Source: Callorhinchus milii (taxonomy: Eukaryota). From it: 64,000 nt of DNA. Numbering within the stretch: position 1 is the first letter of the stretch; each line of letters opens with the position of its first letter. Shown one piece after another: positions 60,801 through 64,000 of this stretch. A program made the position numbers and the translations under genes. A model generated the notes under the pieces. It searched no databases. It was not told the DNA's origin and saw nothing but the letters and a program-made list of their open reading frames with translations. The DNA is taken from NCBI RefSeq assembly GCF_018977255.1, contig NW_024704743.1, forward strand, positions 19,408,001 to 19,472,000, written 5' to 3'.

Positions 60801-62984
60801 ACCCACATTATAATAATGGAATTAGCACCTTGGGACATCCTCCCAACGTGAAAGGCGCTCTATAAATATAATTTTGTTGTTGTTGTTGCAAACGCAAGCT
60901 AGTTTGGTCCCACCTAACAATGACTCAGCAGTAAGTTTTGAATGAGAATCTGGCAGCCATGAGACTTACTTTTGAATTGCACAATGAATACAATTCAGTA
61001 CAATGCATTCCAGTATAAGAGACACATTTCGAGAATTTCCTAGACTGCTTGCTTGCAACATTGAAAGTACATTACAGCACTTTATTTATTACACAGGAAG
61101 TCAAAAGGGCATGAAGAAAGCTGCAGTCATTTCCGATCAACAGCCTACTCCATATCAGGCAGTTATTCACTAAGATTCTCAGCAATTAATTTTGCTCTTT
61201 GCATTCCATTTTGTGAAATTACTAAATTATCTGTTGACAGTAAACATGCACTGCATTTCATAGATGACGGCACAACTATTTGGATTGTGATTGCCACAGC
61301 CTCCGCTTCATTTAATTATTGTCAAACAAGACAATTTATTCTATTGTGCAAAAGCCCAGAATAGCCAAAGAAATTACATTCCTATTTTCCTGGATTTATT
61401 GTGCACAAAGCAGTTTGCTGCACTCCTAAATAAACATACAATCCTACAGTCCGATCAACAAATGTTCATTGGATGAATGTGCATTATGGAAATCATTTAT
61501 TTTGAAGTAAACATTAGCAGAATATTATGCCTAACTTATAAATTGCAGGAAACTGCAACATGTTTCCACACTAACACTAACACTGAGATTCTGTTATGAT
61601 ATATAGCATAACCCTAACCCTAATAGTGCTTTCAGATCTCTTTGAGGGAAATACAACATTGCGTTCAAAGAAATTATGTGGGTCAAAATTTTGGAAGCTG
61701 AGTGTTGAAAGAACGAAGCCTGCATAATTGTTTTATAGTGGCCGTAGCTGTGCACATACTCTGTGACCAGCTTACTTTTCAGAACCCGACGTTCAAAAAG
61801 TGGCTGGCACGGGGCCAAACAGTGGGTAAGAACAGAGGGCCTCTAAAACAGGTAGGAAGGCAACAAGCAATTTACACATAGCAACTGCACAAAGGAATGG
61901 CTCCAGCAGGCTGTTCTCTGAAACATTGAGCAGACCTAGTAATGCCTGTTTTATGATGTCCCCTTTCGCTCAACACGATACATCATGACTTCATGGGGAT
62001 CTGCAACACCAAGCGGAGGCTGTTTAATTGATGCTTATAATGCATGCAAGATAAATCCCAGGTAAGAATCTTAACAAAATATATTGTGATGCAGTAATCG
62101 TTTATTCCAACAATTCTCCCCCCTCCCCCACCACCCACGCAGTGTCCAACCCCATCAAACACCCCACCTAAAGCACTCTGAGATGTTATCTTACACAAAG
62201 AGCGCTATATAAATGCAAGTTGTTGTTCAGGCAGGTATGAAAGTTGCTACAATCAGCATATCGACTATTATTATCCTCTTTAGACGTGGGACTTTCTGCA
62301 GTAGTATTACCAAACTCACATAGAGCGCCTAAAAATTGTAGTGAAAAATAAAAATGTAAAGGTGAGACAAACAGTCATATGAGAAAACATAAGACAACTG
62401 GCATGTGAGCATCTAAAAGCAGAATAGAAAAGGGCTTTGTTGACCAGTTATCCAGAAATCACAGCATCACCATCCCTTATCCCAGTACACGGCATATCAA
62501 CCAAAGTAAATGTTTATTGGCTCAATTACTTTAGTCATCACAAGATCATAGTATGTTTGTACAGCCAGGCATACTTAAAAAATAATAAATAATCCTTGCA
62601 TTTGATGTAGGACCTTTCACATCAGGAATACATCTCATAAGATATACTGTAAAGTGTATTGACTGTAAATTATGTAGGTAATTTCTACTTGTGGTTGCAG
62701 ATTATAGGGCTCCCTTAAATGCAGAAGTTTAGAGAAAACAAACAGCAGCATCTCACATACCAAAGCAAAGCCCAGCAGGACACCATTGTGCAGAGAAGGA
62801 ATTATAAATCCATTTACATTTCTTAGGGTCTGAACTCTCTCATGAAACTTTCTTCCATGACAAGCAAAGCATCAGCAGAAGGCAATTTGAGGTAGTTTGG
62901 TTCAAGAAAACTGAAACGAATTCACTATATATACAAACACAATCAATACCTGTTATAATGAAAGTGGAAATTTTAATAATAAAT

Positions 62985-63330
62985 GATAATAATGCTTGCA
63001 TTTGATATAGAGCCTTACCACGTCTTCAAGATGTCTCAAAGCACTTCACAGAATATACTGTAAAGTAAATTGACTGTATATTTTGTGGATCAAACATGGC
63101 AGCCAACTGTCCCACAAACAGTTGTGGATTGAGTGACCAAATGATTATTTTAATAAAAACTTGGGAGGGTTTATTACACCGGAAAAGTGATCTGCCAAAT
63201 GATTTACAACTGGGTTCCTACTTACTGCTAGGTAAACAGAGGAGTGTGGTGTAAGGAAACTTGCCTAACGTTTCGCCCTGCCCAGGAATCGAACCCAGGT
63301 CCTCTTACTTGCAAGCCAAATGCTCCAAAC
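62985..63330 (-). mobile_element. Family A SINE (long variant)
   Basis: Reverse tail, ctgggttcctacttactgc block, ccctgcccaggaatcgaacccaggtcctc reversed head. Confidence 0.8.
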
Positions 63331-64000
63331 AATACCCCAAATTACAGATTTTGTACATACTTATACTTCAAACGTAAAAATTGTGAAGGATGAAGGCCAA
63401 GAAAATGCTCATAAATTAAATCAACATATTTTATGTACAGTGAAAGGATAGGTTCCACCAAATTTATCTAATCAATATGCTGGAGGGCAAATTTTACTTT
63501 GAAAGTACCTCCTCTATCTGACTTGGATGCACTGTCCTGAGACTTGATAGTTCTGTGCTCAGGGTTTTTATATTCCATCTCAGATGCAGGCTCAGTTATC
63601 AACACCAAAGTGTAGGATGACACTTGCTCCAAGTTGTCTGCATCCACATCCTCATAAGGTCAAGACCTTCAGGTGAAAATAATTGCTGTTCACCTCTTCA
63701 AGCTACTCATATGAGAACGATGGACCACCCCCCCCCCCCCCCCACCCCCATCACTACGATGGGACAGGAAGAATTAGTGGGTTTACATCTGCTGTGCTCT
63801 CCATTCACCAGGCCATGCCGAAGATTGTAACCTGTCATTCTGCCCTCTTGGACTGGATCCAGTATAGCTTCTGCATCTGCACTGAACACACCCAGCACAT
63901 CTGCAGGAATCAAGGTTAAGGTATGATCACAAGCACTGCAATGTAACTAGCATTTTACAGGTGTCGCAATGATTCAAAGAAATCATCAAGCAATGCCTGA

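Noticed and set aside
43412..64000. Exons of the expected downstream neighbour PLXDC2 or another gene
   Set aside because: No recognisable coding exon or CpG-island promoter seen; small unrecognised exons cannot be excluded.
1..64000. CRISPR array or prokaryotic defence/operon system
   Set aside because: The DNA is spliced vertebrate sequence; the recurring 30-60 bp motifs are dispersed SINE/LINE tails, not regularly spaced repeats.

Overview
Eukaryotic (vertebrate) genomic DNA. The repeat landscape (Deu-domain/SacSINE1-like SINEs, L2 and CR1 LINEs) suggests a cartilaginous fish, possibly a chimaera; this is inference. The + strand from 5845 to 42935 carries the last 10 coding exons of MALRD1 (MAM and LDL-receptor class A domain-containing 1 / Diet1). 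I spliced them by hand: all introns are GT-AG, phases are consistent, and 1247 nt of CDS encode the end of the last MAM domain, three LDLa modules, an EGF module, a transmembrane helix and a cytoplasmic tail ending FCNPLY...VPTV*. Introns and the downstream intergenic DNA are full of decayed transposons: L2, CR1, at least three tRNA-derived SINE families, a pogo/Tigger transposase fossil, MITEs, and an R4/Dong-clade retrotransposon fossil abutting a (TAA)n SINE tail. Most ORFs in the supplied track are repeat-derived or spurious. No novel multi-gene system is supported. The most unusual signal is three near-perfect 23-28 bp inverted copies of nearby sequence, each bracketed by a 4-5 nt direct repeat, which look like templated-insertion scars. 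Possible tail-remodelling splice options in MALRD1 are also noted. Repeat boundaries are approximate; exon boundaries were counted base by base.
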